Source: a virus | Strand: one strand, 5' to 3' | IMG/VR virus record: IMGVR_UViG_3300036790_000198 | Location: 3,426-67,425 of that record | DNA length: 64,000 nucleotides | In this document: piece after piece, positions 17,438 through 27,458 of the stretch | How positions within the stretch are numbered: the stretch's first letter is position 1 | How the letters are laid out: every line of letters starts with the position of its first letter | Translations under genes and position numbers: made by a program | The notes under the pieces: model-generated | The model's input: only the letters and a program-made list of their open reading frames with translations | Told to the model about the DNA's origin: nothing | Database searches by the model: none

Positions 17438-17779
17438 TCACTGACGTCCTCGGCGAGTGTTGATAATCTCGCGGCTCTTCAGCACCGCGATGTCAGAGCC
17501 GATGGAGCCTAATGCCGCCGCCATGGCGCCGCGATGCGATTCCGAGCGATCATCCTGGCGCTCAAGGTGTGCTTTCAGCTCATCGAGCGTGCCTTGGATT
17601 GATTTCTGGCGCACCTCGCACGATTCCTCGTGGGCATGGATTTGCGTGGCGTTGCGGGCCACGCGGCCCTCCAAATGCCGAAACCACGCAATTGCACCGG
17701 CCGCCTGTGTCACAAGAAAACCCGCGATGCCGGTGACGAGCCAGCGGATATAGGCATAGATGACAGTCGAGTCGTTCAC
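17438..17779 (-). CDS. Single-TM plus coiled-coil holin-like protein
   Basis: TM WLVTGIAGFLV...; GTGA overlap with the fibre gene. Confidence 0.55.
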   Translation of the reverse strand: MNDSTVIYAYIRWLVTGIAGFLVTQAAGAIAWFRHLEGRVARNATQIHAHEESCEVRQKSIQGTLDELKAHLERQDDRSESHRGAMAAALGSIGSDIAVLKSREIINTRRGRQ

Positions 17780-18864
17780 GCCGTTCGCCTCCACATCCTC
17801 ACCACCCGGTAAGGCTGCAGATTGTTGTGGGGCGAGGCAGGCCCTGTTCCATTCAACGCAGCGCCGCTCAGTGTGGTCGAGTTGACATACGGCGCGAGCG
17901 TGTTGTCGTAATCGGTACTCTCGGAGCCTATGTTGCCGTTGAGACTACCGAGGTTCTTATATTGCGTCGCCACCGGCGCCACGACGCTCGACTTTTCTAT
18001 GTAGTAGCAGTCCTGAAAGGCTAAGGGCGGGATCTGCTGCGCCACCAATGTGCAGGTGTCAGCGCCGCCAGTTTGTCCAGTCGTCGCGAAATTTGTATCG
18101 GAAGGATTACGCCCTACCAACACGACGCCTTGAACTTCAGTCCAAGTCTGCCAGGTGAACACGGCGCCCGGGCTCGTCGTGTCGCTCTCCCACATCACAT
18201 AGGCGCCGATCGGGTAGATGAGGTTGGTAATCGCCTGCTCGAGCCCTGTGATATTGGTCGGCAGTTCCGTGATCTGAAACCCAGTGCCGTCGTAGACGAA
18301 TGTCGCAATGCCGGTGGCAAGGAGCGCCCCGACCGCTGGTGCCGCCCCGCCAGGAAGGTAGGCCGAGAGTGCCCCGACACCATCATTGAATGTCACCGTT
18401 CCGGAGGTGTTCGTGTTGGCGATCTTGACCCGCAGCGGCGTGCCGACGCTGTGGGCGGTGAGCGCGGGCGTGAAGACGGCCGAGTAGGCATTGGCGCTAC
18501 CTGTGTCGGCCGCATAATTCCCCGCCTGCTGCTGCACATCCTCGGCCTGGGCGGCATCTGTCATTCCAAGTGCCGTCGGGAAGAGGTTTACGAAATCACC
18601 CGCACTCCAGGCAAGTGCGGTCGTACCTTCCTGGCCCCGGACTATCGTCGTGAAGGTATCGGTGCTGCGAGCCTTGCACGTGCAGGTCTCGTAGATGGAA
18701 GAGTTTCCATTCTTGACGAGCGTGAACTGGAACGAGTCTCCAGCACTGACTGGATTGGGGAATAGCGCGCCGCCGCCAGACACTACCGAGAGGCTCGTCG
18801 CGCTCGATGAGATCGAGGCGGCGAGCGTTGTCGAGGCATTGTTGGAATAGAGTTTGCGACCCAT
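17776..18864 (-). CDS. Tail fibre / collar-domain protein
   Basis: NNASTTLA, RGQEGT, YPIG...GQTGG...HNNLQPY..VRMWRRTA. Confidence 0.8.
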   Translation of the reverse strand: MGRKLYSNNASTTLAASISSSATSLSVVSGGGALFPNPVSAGDSFQFTLVKNGNSSIYETCTCKARSTDTFTTIVRGQEGTTALAWSAGDFVNLFPTALGMTDAAQAEDVQQQAGNYAADTGSANAYSAVFTPALTAHSVGTPLRVKIANTNTSGTVTFNDGVGALSAYLPGGAAPAVGALLATGIATFVYDGTGFQITELPTNITGLEQAITNLIYPIGAYVMWESDTTSPGAVFTWQTWTEVQGVVLVGRNPSDTNFATTGQTGGADTCTLVAQQIPPLAFQDCYYIEKSSVVAPVATQYKNLGSLNGNIGSESTDYDNTLAPYVNSTTLSGAALNGTGPASPHNNLQPYRVVRMWRRTA

Positions 18865-18877
18865 TCTATGTGACCTT

Positions 18878-21022
18878 TTATGGGACGTAAGAGAAGTAGA
18901 AACTGATTATTCCGATGCCGCCCGCTACGCCGGCGCCGACTCCAAGGCCGCCATTGCCGCCAGCGCCCTCACTTGAGATGTGCACTCCGGTCTGCCCCGT
19001 CCCGCCGGATCCGCGTGAGTTAAGTCCGCCCGCGGTGCCGGAGTTGAATGCCGTGTTGGCCTGATTGCCGCCCGACGGCGCATTCCCTGTATTGCCTCCC
19101 GGTGCGGTCATCGTCGTAATGCTGAGGGTGCCAGAGGAGATCGAAGCCGTGCCCCCGGCTCCGGGGGCGCCGAAGTTATCGCCCGGGCCACCAGCGCCTG
19201 GAGAGCCAATGGACCAATTTAAGGTCTGGCCGGCGTGACACGAATAGAGCGAGCGGCAATAGGTCCCACTGTCCCCGCCCTCACCGCCAAAGCTCTGGCG
19301 AGTCGAGCTATCGAAAAATCCGCCCTCGCCACCCCCGCCTGGGCTTGCCACTTCCAGGAGGACGGTGTTATAGCCAGACGGGACCGTCTGCGTGCCACTG
19401 CCAGAAGTGTGCGTCGCTTGAGTTGGCGATGGCGGACTGTACGCAAACGATACCGGCACATTTACTGTCGTCTGTTGCCCCAACGAATCAGTGACGGTGC
19501 ATTTGCCCGTTCCAGTATCCGTATTCCCTGCGCTCATACCGGAAGCGGTAAATGTCGTCGTCGCGGAGGACGGCGAATTGATCGACTCCGTGGCGCCGTC
19601 GGTATGTGAGATCCAGGTGAACGTCCAGGCATAGCGGTATGGCGATACACCGCCGCTGGCGGTCACAGTGACCGCGCCTGTCGTTAGGGGCGTCGAGCTG
19701 CTCGTCACCGAGAGCGATGTCGGACTCGCCGAGGCTGATGGCAGGCTCGCGCGCGCCACGCTCACCGCGCAGGTTTCCGTAGCATGCTGCCCATACGCAT
19801 CGGTCACGGTGCAAAGAAGTGTGCCGGAATCAGTCGCGCCGGCGGAAATGCTCGCGATCGATAGTTTCGTTTCACTCGCCGCGGGGCTTGCGATGGTGAT
19901 GCCGGCCCCGCCAGATTGCCATGTCCAGGCAGTCGTAAATGGCGCGCCGCCTCCTGAGATTGTCGGCACGATCTCGACACTTGCCCACGTCGAGGTTGCA
20001 ATCGTCGTCGAGATGGAACTCGGGGCGAGGCTCACCGATGGCACTGAGACATTCCTGATCGTGACACTGACAGTCGCCATGGCGGTCTGCGAGGTCGAGG
20101 TGTCGGTCACCGTGCAGAGCGCGATTCCAGTCAACGTCGCGCCGCGGCTCATGCCGGTAGCGGTCCAGGTTGTCGACTGCGCTGAAGGTGAATTAGTCGT
20201 GATACCAGTGCCACCAGATGCCCAAGTCCATGCGAAGGTGTACGCACCTGAGCCGCCGTAGACCGAGACATCAGCCGCGCCAGTGGAAAGCGTCGTCGCG
20301 ATGCCGGTCACCGATTCGGAGCTCGGATTAACCGTCGCTGTCAGGTGCGTGACGACATTGCCTGCATAGGTGTACTGCAACGGCAATTCGAGCACGCCGC
20401 CTGTGAATGCCGCGTTGAATATCTCAATGATGCCCGGCGCCAACTGTACGAGGCTCGAGATGTACGGCTGATTGATCGAGACTGTGAGCACGCCGCTTGC
20501 GACCTGAACGCCGATCGCCTGAGTGTTCTCGGTTCCGATGACGAAAGAAGGATCGTTCGGGTTGACATCAAGTCCGTTGGCCCCAAGCAAAAACCGCATG
20601 ATCCGGCGTTTAAGCCACATCATATTGAAGCGCTTGCCATCGCCCTTGTAGAAATTCCACGTCAGGATGCGCTTGAAGACGTCATCTGTCAGCGTGTAGT
20701 ACGTGATCGAGGGCGGCGTAAACGAGTTCAGTGTCGCGGTGTTCAGCTCCTCAGTGTTGAGCGGACCCAGTGCGCCACTGGTTGTTTGCGCGAGGCTCAT
20801 ACGCGGCAGGCCGTAAAGTCCCTCTGCCACCCAGTCGAGAAGGTCGCCCGTCAGAGCCGGATAAAACGGCAGATTGACCGAGCTGAACCAATCGACATAG
20901 GTCTGCGTCGCCGCGTTGTAGGCGGCGAAGAACGCCTGAATGTCATCATCATCAGCATACTGCTTGTAGACATAGGCCGGGATCGTCGCCGACAGGAGCG
21001 GCTGCGGAGGATTGTCGGCCAT
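18878..21022 (-). CDS. Baseplate wedge (gpI/DUF2612-like) fused to Ig-like repeats and a Gly-rich domain
   Basis: G.LLDWV..GLYG, L.DD.FKRIL.W in first 220 aa; follows J-like gene. Confidence 0.75.
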   Translation of the reverse strand: MADNPPQPLLSATIPAYVYKQYADDDDIQAFFAAYNAATQTYVDWFSSVNLPFYPALTGDLLDWVAEGLYGLPRMSLAQTTSGALGPLNTEELNTATLNSFTPPSITYYTLTDDVFKRILTWNFYKGDGKRFNMMWLKRRIMRFLLGANGLDVNPNDPSFVIGTENTQAIGVQVASGVLTVSINQPYISSLVQLAPGIIEIFNAAFTGGVLELPLQYTYAGNVVTHLTATVNPSSESVTGIATTLSTGAADVSVYGGSGAYTFAWTWASGGTGITTNSPSAQSTTWTATGMSRGATLTGIALCTVTDTSTSQTAMATVSVTIRNVSVPSVSLAPSSISTTIATSTWASVEIVPTISGGGAPFTTAWTWQSGGAGITIASPAASETKLSIASISAGATDSGTLLCTVTDAYGQHATETCAVSVARASLPSASASPTSLSVTSSSTPLTTGAVTVTASGGVSPYRYAWTFTWISHTDGATESINSPSSATTTFTASGMSAGNTDTGTGKCTVTDSLGQQTTVNVPVSFAYSPPSPTQATHTSGSGTQTVPSGYNTVLLEVASPGGGGEGGFFDSSTRQSFGGEGGDSGTYCRSLYSCHAGQTLNWSIGSPGAGGPGDNFGAPGAGGTASISSGTLSITTMTAPGGNTGNAPSGGNQANTAFNSGTAGGLNSRGSGGTGQTGVHISSEGAGGNGGLGVGAGVAGGIGIISFYFSYVP

Positions 21023-22239
21023 CAGCCCTGCACCACTGTGATTGCGGTCGCCGCACAGGTGAAGTAGCTCTCAGGATCCCCGGCAATGCTGGAATACCCA
21101 GTAGCGGGCGGTGTCAACGTGCTGTTGATGAAGACCGAGAACACAAGCCTCGTGAGCAGGTTCGGATCGAGTACGGCGGCAATCGACTGCTGAAATATCG
21201 CGGTGAGCTCAAGTAAGTTGATCGGCTGGCTGACCGAGAGCGCATTGATGTAGGCCGCCATGGGCGCGATTGTGAGACTGGGGAATGCCGCCCCGCCTGA
21301 GAAACTCGACGCCGAGGTATTCCATGTCACAGTCATCGTGACGACCTGCGCGGGAGGCGAGACCCATTCGACGGTGTAGATATCCGGGTAATCGATGACG
21401 TTCGCTGTGACATTGCGCCCTGAACTCACCGCCGAGCCCACGAGTTCACTCGGATCAGCCACCGATTGCAGGATCGCGAGCGCCATCACATAGGGGTCGA
21501 ACGTGCCCCCGATGATGACCCGGATGCCCGGGCTTGCCTGCTGCACATTGATGAGCCGCGGCACGATGCCCGGTACCTGCCCGGACAATGTCTTGATAAA
21601 CCGCGCGGTCCCGACGCAGGCGGCGAGCCCCCCTTGCAGCACCCGCGCGCGGTAGGACTGCCACGACTCTACCGCGGTCGCGGGATTGCCGGCGGACGGG
21701 TTGGTCACGGTGAGCGTGTAGGAGCCCGGCACCGAGGTTCGGATCGCAGTCACCGTACTCGCGCCCGGAACCACGGTCTGGCTCGAATTGACCGCAATGG
21801 CCGTGACAACTGCCGAGGGGCCCGATGAGGGCACGATCACCGGCGCGTTGGTCGAGTAGGTGTAGGTGCCATCCGAGACCAGCGTCCCCTGCGTCACGAG
21901 GTAGCCCGGCGTCCCCGTGAACGTCACCCCGACATTGACGAATGTCGGCGTTCCCATCGGGATTCCAGCGACCGTACCCAATTGCAGCAGTAGCGGCTGA
22001 TTCGATCCGTTTGGCGACAGTGAGTTACCGAGGTCGATCTGCGCTTGATTGCAAAGCGCGATGGCCGCGACGTCGGTGCTGGAAACGTCCTCGATGAGCG
22101 AACCCGGGAGGTTATTCGTGTAGCCGGGATTGGTGAGCGCGACGTTCGCTGTCAACTGCGTGAGAATGTTGGCGGGAGCCACGGGCTGCAGCCCCTGCGC
22201 CGTGATGAGCACAGGGAAGTTGTACGAGTACGTCGCCAT
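21022..22239 (-). CDS. Baseplate J-like protein
   Basis: TFTGTPG..V..GT.V, ES...YRARV; synteny. Confidence 0.8.
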   Translation of the reverse strand: MATYSYNFPVLITAQGLQPVAPANILTQLTANVALTNPGYTNNLPGSLIEDVSSTDVAAIALCNQAQIDLGNSLSPNGSNQPLLLQLGTVAGIPMGTPTFVNVGVTFTGTPGYLVTQGTLVSDGTYTYSTNAPVIVPSSGPSAVVTAIAVNSSQTVVPGASTVTAIRTSVPGSYTLTVTNPSAGNPATAVESWQSYRARVLQGGLAACVGTARFIKTLSGQVPGIVPRLINVQQASPGIRVIIGGTFDPYVMALAILQSVADPSELVGSAVSSGRNVTANVIDYPDIYTVEWVSPPAQVVTMTVTWNTSASSFSGGAAFPSLTIAPMAAYINALSVSQPINLLELTAIFQQSIAAVLDPNLLTRLVFSVFINSTLTPPATGYSSIAGDPESYFTCAATAITVVQG

Positions 22240-22601
22240 CAGTATGCGACCTCATTGCCCAGCACGACGCCCTGAAAAGTGATGCAACTCACGGTGTAGG
22301 CCGGCGTCGGGTTTGTCGGCGTACCACTTCCAGCTACCCGACTCGTGGTGAGAGATGCGAAGAACGGCGCGAACTGCTGCTGCGTGACGGTCATATAGTA
22401 ATCAGGGGCGACTTGCTGCATGACGGACTTGCGTGCGGGGATTCCATAATTGCCGAATGTGGGGGATTCGCCGAGGCCGAGTAAAAGCACTTGGCAGAAC
22501 GTCGCCAACATAATGAGCGAGTTGTCGCCGTTGGCTGCCGTGACGAGGACGACCCACGTCTTGGAGTCGTCCGGGTTGGTAATGCGGCCATACGATCTCA
22601 T
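22239..22601 (-). CDS. Baseplate gp25/gp46-like sheath initiator
   Basis: L.LGESP.FGNYGIP; located between spike and J. Confidence 0.65.
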   Translation of the reverse strand: MRSYGRITNPDDSKTWVVLVTAANGDNSLIMLATFCQVLLLGLGESPTFGNYGIPARKSVMQQVAPDYYMTVTQQQFAPFFASLTTSRVAGSGTPTNPTPAYTVSCITFQGVVLGNEVAY

Positions 22602-23215
22602 CAGACCACCGCTCCCGAATCACCGGCGATAAGGCCGCCGCCGCTTGGGGCGGTGTACGTTCCGGCACCAGAGCCGCCCGGCGTATTGTTGTGTAGATGA
22701 TCCAGAAACACGCGGCTATTGATGATGACCTGGCCTGACGTATTGATCTGAAGCAACGTGGTACCGCTGTGGCTCATCGTAATTCCGGCATTGCCGACGC
22801 TGACGACGAACTGCCCATTGACCGAGGTCATGACGCTGGCCGTGTCGTCAGGGGTCTCCCATCCCTTGTTGCCCAATGGCACCCAGACCAGCATCGAAAG
22901 ATTGCCGCGCGGCGTGCTATCGGCGGTGCCGCCGCCCAAGCCGGTGACGCCACCAAGGTAAGCATCGGCAGTGGTGGCATATCCCAAGTCGCCGATCTGG
23001 ATCGGCGCGCGCATGTACTTCGACATCTGCGCGGCCATCGTGACGTTTGGAAGCGTGATTCCTTCGACGTCGAAAGAGACCTCGACGATGGCGCCTTCGA
23101 CTGAGACGACACGGCCCGGCAATCGCAGGCCGAGCTTCTGAATCTCATTCAACGCCTGCTGCGTTGCGAGATTGGAGAGCGTCCGCGAAAGCGGAGTTTT
23201 CTGGACGTCAGACAT
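22601..23215 (-). CDS. Baseplate central spike (gpV/Gp138-like)
   Basis: OB-fold-like N-terminus, C-terminal HLH metal-binding tip. Confidence 0.75.
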   Translation of the reverse strand: MSDVQKTPLSRTLSNLATQQALNEIQKLGLRLPGRVVSVEGAIVEVSFDVEGITLPNVTMAAQMSKYMRAPIQIGDLGYATTADAYLGGVTGLGGGTADSTPRGNLSMLVWVPLGNKGWETPDDTASVMTSVNGQFVVSVGNAGITMSHSGTTLLQINTSGQVIINSRVFLDHLHNNTPGGSGAGTYTAPSGGGLIAGDSGAVV

Positions 23216-23216
23216 C

Positions 23217-24275
23217 TCAATTTGCCTGCGGTTGCGACGCGGCGGTAAAGGCAGTCACCCAAGCGCCGGCATCCGGGCTGCGGAACTCGCCAAAATGGTG
23301 GACTTCGTTCACCAAGAATGTTCCTTGAAATGCGATCCGGTTGTTCACCGGGGTCACATTGCCCGGCGCCGCCGCAGCCGGACTCGTGAGCGCGTAGGGT
23401 GCCAGAATGCCGGTCGGGAAAGTCACCCGATTGCCGACGCCTATGTTGGCCCGCAGCACCGTGTTGAACTGCACCTGCGTCGGTGATATCCACGTCGGCT
23501 GGCCCACCAGGTCCTGAAACGCAAGCGCCACTGGAGTCTGCGCGGGACCCGCCAAGGTATTGGTCCCGTCGTAGACGATAATGGCGCTTCCGCTGTAGGT
23601 GATCTGCACGCCTGAGTAGTTCTGATGAGTCTGGCTACCGAGCTTCAACGTCAGGGCCGCCAAGTAGCTCGCGAACTGCGACAGGTTCTCGTAAAAGCCC
23701 GCTTCATCGTTCGTCAGTGTCAGGCTGGCGTCGATGAAGACCTGGACCTTAAAGCCCGGGAATGCGGCGGCGAGTGTCGCGGCAATCGCATCATCGAGCG
23801 ATGAGCCGGCGAGCCACTGGAACGAAACTGGCGTGCCAAATAGGTTCTGCGGCGCACCGGGATTGACGAGCAGGTCCAATGTCTGATTCGTGCCTTCCCA
23901 GTTGCCGTAGCTGGCAAGGATAGTACCTACGGCAATTATTCCGGCCTGCACCGGATTCGCGAGCGGGAGCCCGGCCGACATGCCGGCGCTCATCGTCAAA
24001 TGCGTGCCGGCGAGCTGAGCGGCCTGCCCGAGCATCTGAAGCGACGGGCCGGATATCTTCACCCTGAATCCGCCCTGTGGGGTCGCGAGCTGCGTGACGG
24101 GGATGTCGAAGTTGATGTCGAGTGCGCCCGGGTCGACCACGATCTGCCCGGTCATCGGCAATCTTGCGAGGCTTGAGAACGTGGGTCCGGTGCCGGTCGT
24201 GAAGCCGCCCGTGGGGCTCTGCACGAGGGAGTGCCCGCCGATGCCGCGGCTGAGCGTCAGTGAGTAGTACCGCAT
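23217..24275 (-). CDS. Baseplate hub protein
   Basis: 352 aa; G.F.V..V.H.G.FR....W.T C-terminus; synteny. Confidence 0.7.
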   Translation of the reverse strand: MRYYSLTLSRGIGGHSLVQSPTGGFTTGTGPTFSSLARLPMTGQIVVDPGALDINFDIPVTQLATPQGGFRVKISGPSLQMLGQAAQLAGTHLTMSAGMSAGLPLANPVQAGIIAVGTILASYGNWEGTNQTLDLLVNPGAPQNLFGTPVSFQWLAGSSLDDAIAATLAAAFPGFKVQVFIDASLTLTNDEAGFYENLSQFASYLAALTLKLGSQTHQNYSGVQITYSGSAIIVYDGTNTLAGPAQTPVALAFQDLVGQPTWISPTQVQFNTVLRANIGVGNRVTFPTGILAPYALTSPAAAAPGNVTPVNNRIAFQGTFLVNEVHHFGEFRSPDAGAWVTAFTAASQPQAN

Positions 24276-24803
24276 TTACGGCGATACCTCGAATTGCTGC
24301 TGCCCAAATCTGAACACCAGCGACGACGAAAAGAACGTCAGCGGATTGCCATTGCTGTCGTAGCTACTTGGCGTATTCGCAATCAAGTTCACGTCCTGAC
24401 TCACATTCCCGGTGATGCCGTACTGCCCCGGATCGGTCTGCAGCGTAAAGGCCAATGTCATCGCATCTACAGCCCACGCACTCCACGTCCCGTCATACGT
24501 GAGCCCGGTGTCTGACACCTCGATATTGGCGACCGCGCCGATGGGGATATTGTGCGCGGCATCAAGGCTCGCGACCGCCAGCCAGTCCGCCCAGGTAATG
24601 GACGCCTGAATCTTAGTCGGCGAGCCCACCATCGGCCGCGCTAGGATCAAATTCCCCGAGAGGTCTGAGACGTTGATGTACCAGCGGTTGCCGAAGATGT
24701 TGAACGTCGTCGTTACAACGTACTGCGCGCCATCCAACGTCGGCTGAAACTGAAATGGCGGATTCGCCGTCGCCGACGGCGAGAATACGGTGATCGTGGT
24801 CAT
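24276..24803 (-). CDS. Baseplate plug-like protein
   Basis: FQFQPTLDG.QY...RWYINV.D. Confidence 0.6.
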   Translation of the reverse strand: MTTITVFSPSATANPPFQFQPTLDGAQYVVTTTFNIFGNRWYINVSDLSGNLILARPMVGSPTKIQASITWADWLAVASLDAAHNIPIGAVANIEVSDTGLTYDGTWSAWAVDAMTLAFTLQTDPGQYGITGNVSQDVNLIANTPSSYDSNGNPLTFFSSSLVFRFGQQQFEVSP

Positions 24804-25531
24804 GAGAGGCTCGGTGTCAGGCCAGTCGCAACGCCGGCCGGATTGCCTACCGGAAGCCCTGCAGCCGGCGTCGAGACGCCTGAGATCGGCGAGCCGTTCG
24901 TCAACTGCTGCATGAGACTGTTCTGGGCCTGCTGCGCGGAAGCCAATGACACCAGCGGTTGGATGAAGTCAAACCGCCACGACACCTGCTGCTGCGTATC
25001 CTGCCCGTCGCTCGCATCGGCCAACGCACTCAAAAGACAGTTCGTATAGATGTAGCTCGGCGTGATGACGCTGTAGGTGCCGCCGGTGAAGTTGTGCTGC
25101 TTCAACGAACTCTGCAGCGCCGTCATCGTCGCGAGCTTAACCGCAAAGCCGTAAGCCGGCGTTGCGGGTACTTGCATCAGGACCGAAACCGAAAGCGGCT
25201 GCGAGATCACGGCATTGGCCGCCACTGCCTGATTGGCGAACGGGTACATGCCAAACTGGTTGTCGGCAATCGTAGCTCCAGGGAGCACGATGAAATTCGC
25301 GAACGGCGGCTGATTCAAGGCGCCGGATGCAATGGAGTCGAGCGCCGCGGCGCCGCCGACGAGAAGCGACAAAGTGCTGCCGCCGGATAGTGCGGTGCCG
25401 AGTAAGCCGCCGGCCTCGGTCAACGCCATGATGGGCAGGGCGCCGCCGACCTGGACGGCGATGCCGCCGGTCAAAATTATTGGCGAAAATTGTAGGGCAC
25501 TTTGCTCGACAGTTTGCGCAGCGCCGCTCAT
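24800..25531 (-). CDS. Tail tube initiator / Dit-like protein
   Basis: Follows tape measure; V.TP...Y.NC.L...W.FDF.QP. Confidence 0.6.
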   Translation of the reverse strand: MSGAAQTVEQSALQFSPIILTGGIAVQVGGALPIMALTEAGGLLGTALSGGSTLSLLVGGAAALDSIASGALNQPPFANFIVLPGATIADNQFGMYPFANQAVAANAVISQPLSVSVLMQVPATPAYGFAVKLATMTALQSSLKQHNFTGGTYSVITPSYIYTNCLLSALADASDGQDTQQQVSWRFDFIQPLVSLASAQQAQNSLMQQLTNGSPISGVSTPAAGLPVGNPAGVATGLTPSLS

Positions 25532-27153
25532 GTGCCCGGGACCGCAGCTAGGCCGGCACCGGCGAGCACGGCAGAGGCGCCGGTCTTCGGTCGCACGATG
25601 ATCGACATGTGCGGATCGGGCGAGGTCGCCGTCACGTAGGAAGCCACCCCGTGCGGCAGATGCGACCGCCACGCCGCGGGGTACCGGCGCATCAGAGCAT
25701 CGAGCTTGCCCGGCCCCCAGTTGTAGGCCGATAGCGCGGCCGTCATGTTGCCTTGGTAGCGCTTCAGGAGCTGCGCGAGATAAAGTCCCGCCCCGTAACC
25801 GGCGGACTCGGGATCGGAGGGATCAACGCCGAGCCCCTGCGCGGTTTTGGGCATCAGTCCCATCGGCCCCACCGCACCGGCGCTCGAGACCGGCGGATTG
25901 AAGCGATTGCTCGATTCGCGCTTCCAGAGCCGCTCCAGCGTCCCGGACGGCAATCCGAAGTATTGATCCGTCGCGGCGAGATAACTGGTGTACGAGCCTT
26001 TGTTGAGGCCCAACATCGGCGCCATGCCGCCCGGATGCGTCAGTCGATAGGAAAGCGGCAACTCGGCGCCGCCCCTGAAGCCACCATGAGCGCCATTTCG
26101 AGGAAAGAGGTAGCCCAAATCGGTCGCGAGCATATGGAGCGCCGAGGCGATCTTGCCGGTATCCGAAACGAGTCCTGACACGGCATTCTCGAACTTTTTC
26201 GAGGTCATCTCGACTGAGAACTTATTCAGCCAATCCGCTAACTTGTTGATGCCGTCTTTCAGCAGTGGGCCGTTCATGAGACGAGTCAGGAAGCCGGCAA
26301 AGGCTGCCGAGAGCTTGGTCAGGGGTCCTGCGAGTGGCGCCAGACCTTTGACAAACACGGTGAATATCTCACCTCCGGCGAGCTGCAACTGCGTGGTGAA
26401 GTTCTGCCACGCGAGCGCAGTTTTCGGCGAGATGCCGAGCGGTCCTTTGTCGGCCGCGTTTCCGGCGAGGAGCTGGGAAAATTCCTTGTTGCCCATGCCC
26501 TGGAGCAGCATCAACTTTTCAAGGCCGCCGAAAGGCCCCAGGCCGTAAGCATCGCTCATCAGACCGAGCTCGCCACGGGGTGTGCTCTTCGCCAACTGCC
26601 ACATGGCCTTCAGCATCGCGACGGAGGTCTGCGCGGTAGAGCCTGTTGGATTCACGCCGAGCGCGTAGAGCGGACCCTGCAACGCAGGATTCGAGATGGC
26701 CTGATTGATCGCCGATAGGAAGCCGCCCGGATCACCGAGTCGGCCGAAGTTAACACCGAAGCTGCGGTAACCGCCGATCGACATGCCGAGGCCCATGGCG
26801 CGCTGGCGATAACTTGCAACATCGCCAGCCATGCGTGAGATGCCGAAGAGCGAGCCGCCGACCAGGCCACCGCCGATGATCGTGCCCCACTTCAACAGCT
26901 CGCCGGTAATCCGCATGGTGGTGGAAAGTGCGCCGCCGGCAAAACCGGCAATGCTGCGCCACATGTTCACCGCGCCTTTGTTCTCCCCGAGCTGCCGCAG
27001 AGCATTGTTCTGGGCGAAAATGGCCTCGTTAGTCCGATGCCAAAGTGTCGGGGTTTTCTCCAGCGTTTCGTGGTACGCGCCAAAAGTCTCTGCGAACTTT
27101 TTGAAGGCGCCGTCTGAGATGGGTATCTCAATTATGGGAAGCTTGAGCGGCAT
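25528..27153 (-). CDS. Tape measure protein with C-terminal lytic transglycosylase (SLT) domain
   Basis: Ala/Gly-rich helical body; RESS...SSAGAVGPMGLMP...AYNWGPG. Confidence 0.85.
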   Translation of the reverse strand: MPLKLPIIEIPISDGAFKKFAETFGAYHETLEKTPTLWHRTNEAIFAQNNALRQLGENKGAVNMWRSIAGFAGGALSTTMRITGELLKWGTIIGGGLVGGSLFGISRMAGDVASYRQRAMGLGMSIGGYRSFGVNFGRLGDPGGFLSAINQAISNPALQGPLYALGVNPTGSTAQTSVAMLKAMWQLAKSTPRGELGLMSDAYGLGPFGGLEKLMLLQGMGNKEFSQLLAGNAADKGPLGISPKTALAWQNFTTQLQLAGGEIFTVFVKGLAPLAGPLTKLSAAFAGFLTRLMNGPLLKDGINKLADWLNKFSVEMTSKKFENAVSGLVSDTGKIASALHMLATDLGYLFPRNGAHGGFRGGAELPLSYRLTHPGGMAPMLGLNKGSYTSYLAATDQYFGLPSGTLERLWKRESSNRFNPPVSSAGAVGPMGLMPKTAQGLGVDPSDPESAGYGAGLYLAQLLKRYQGNMTAALSAYNWGPGKLDALMRRYPAAWRSHLPHGVASYVTATSPDPHMSIIVRPKTGASAVLAGAGLAAVPGT

Positions 27154-27206
27154 TTCACATGACCGTGTTGACGTTATGGCTTGTTCTGTGGTAAGGAATT
27201 CGACCC

Positions 27207-27458
27207 ATGCTGATCTACGCCATATTCCTCTGTATGCAGGGCGCGCAGTCATGCGAGCCGCAACCGGCATTCACCGACATTGACGGCTCTCAAACGCCGG
27301 CTATTTATGAGTCACTCGCGGACTGTCAAACTGCGGTGGCGCAGCGTGTCCCTGGCGGCGCCGTCAAGCCTGACAATGGGCGCTTCTACTGGGATACTTC
27401 AAAGAGCATCTGGTATGTCTGCCTTGCGCGCCACGCCGACACCTGGCAGCAGCCCTAG
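27207..27458 (+). CDS. Small Cys-containing envelope-type protein, antisense moron
   Basis: 83 aa, hydrophobic N-terminus, four Cys; opposite strand within the tail module. Confidence 0.6.
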   Translation: MLIYAIFLCMQGAQSCEPQPAFTDIDGSQTPAIYESLADCQTAVAQRVPGGAVKPDNGRFYWDTSKSIWYVCLARHADTWQQP

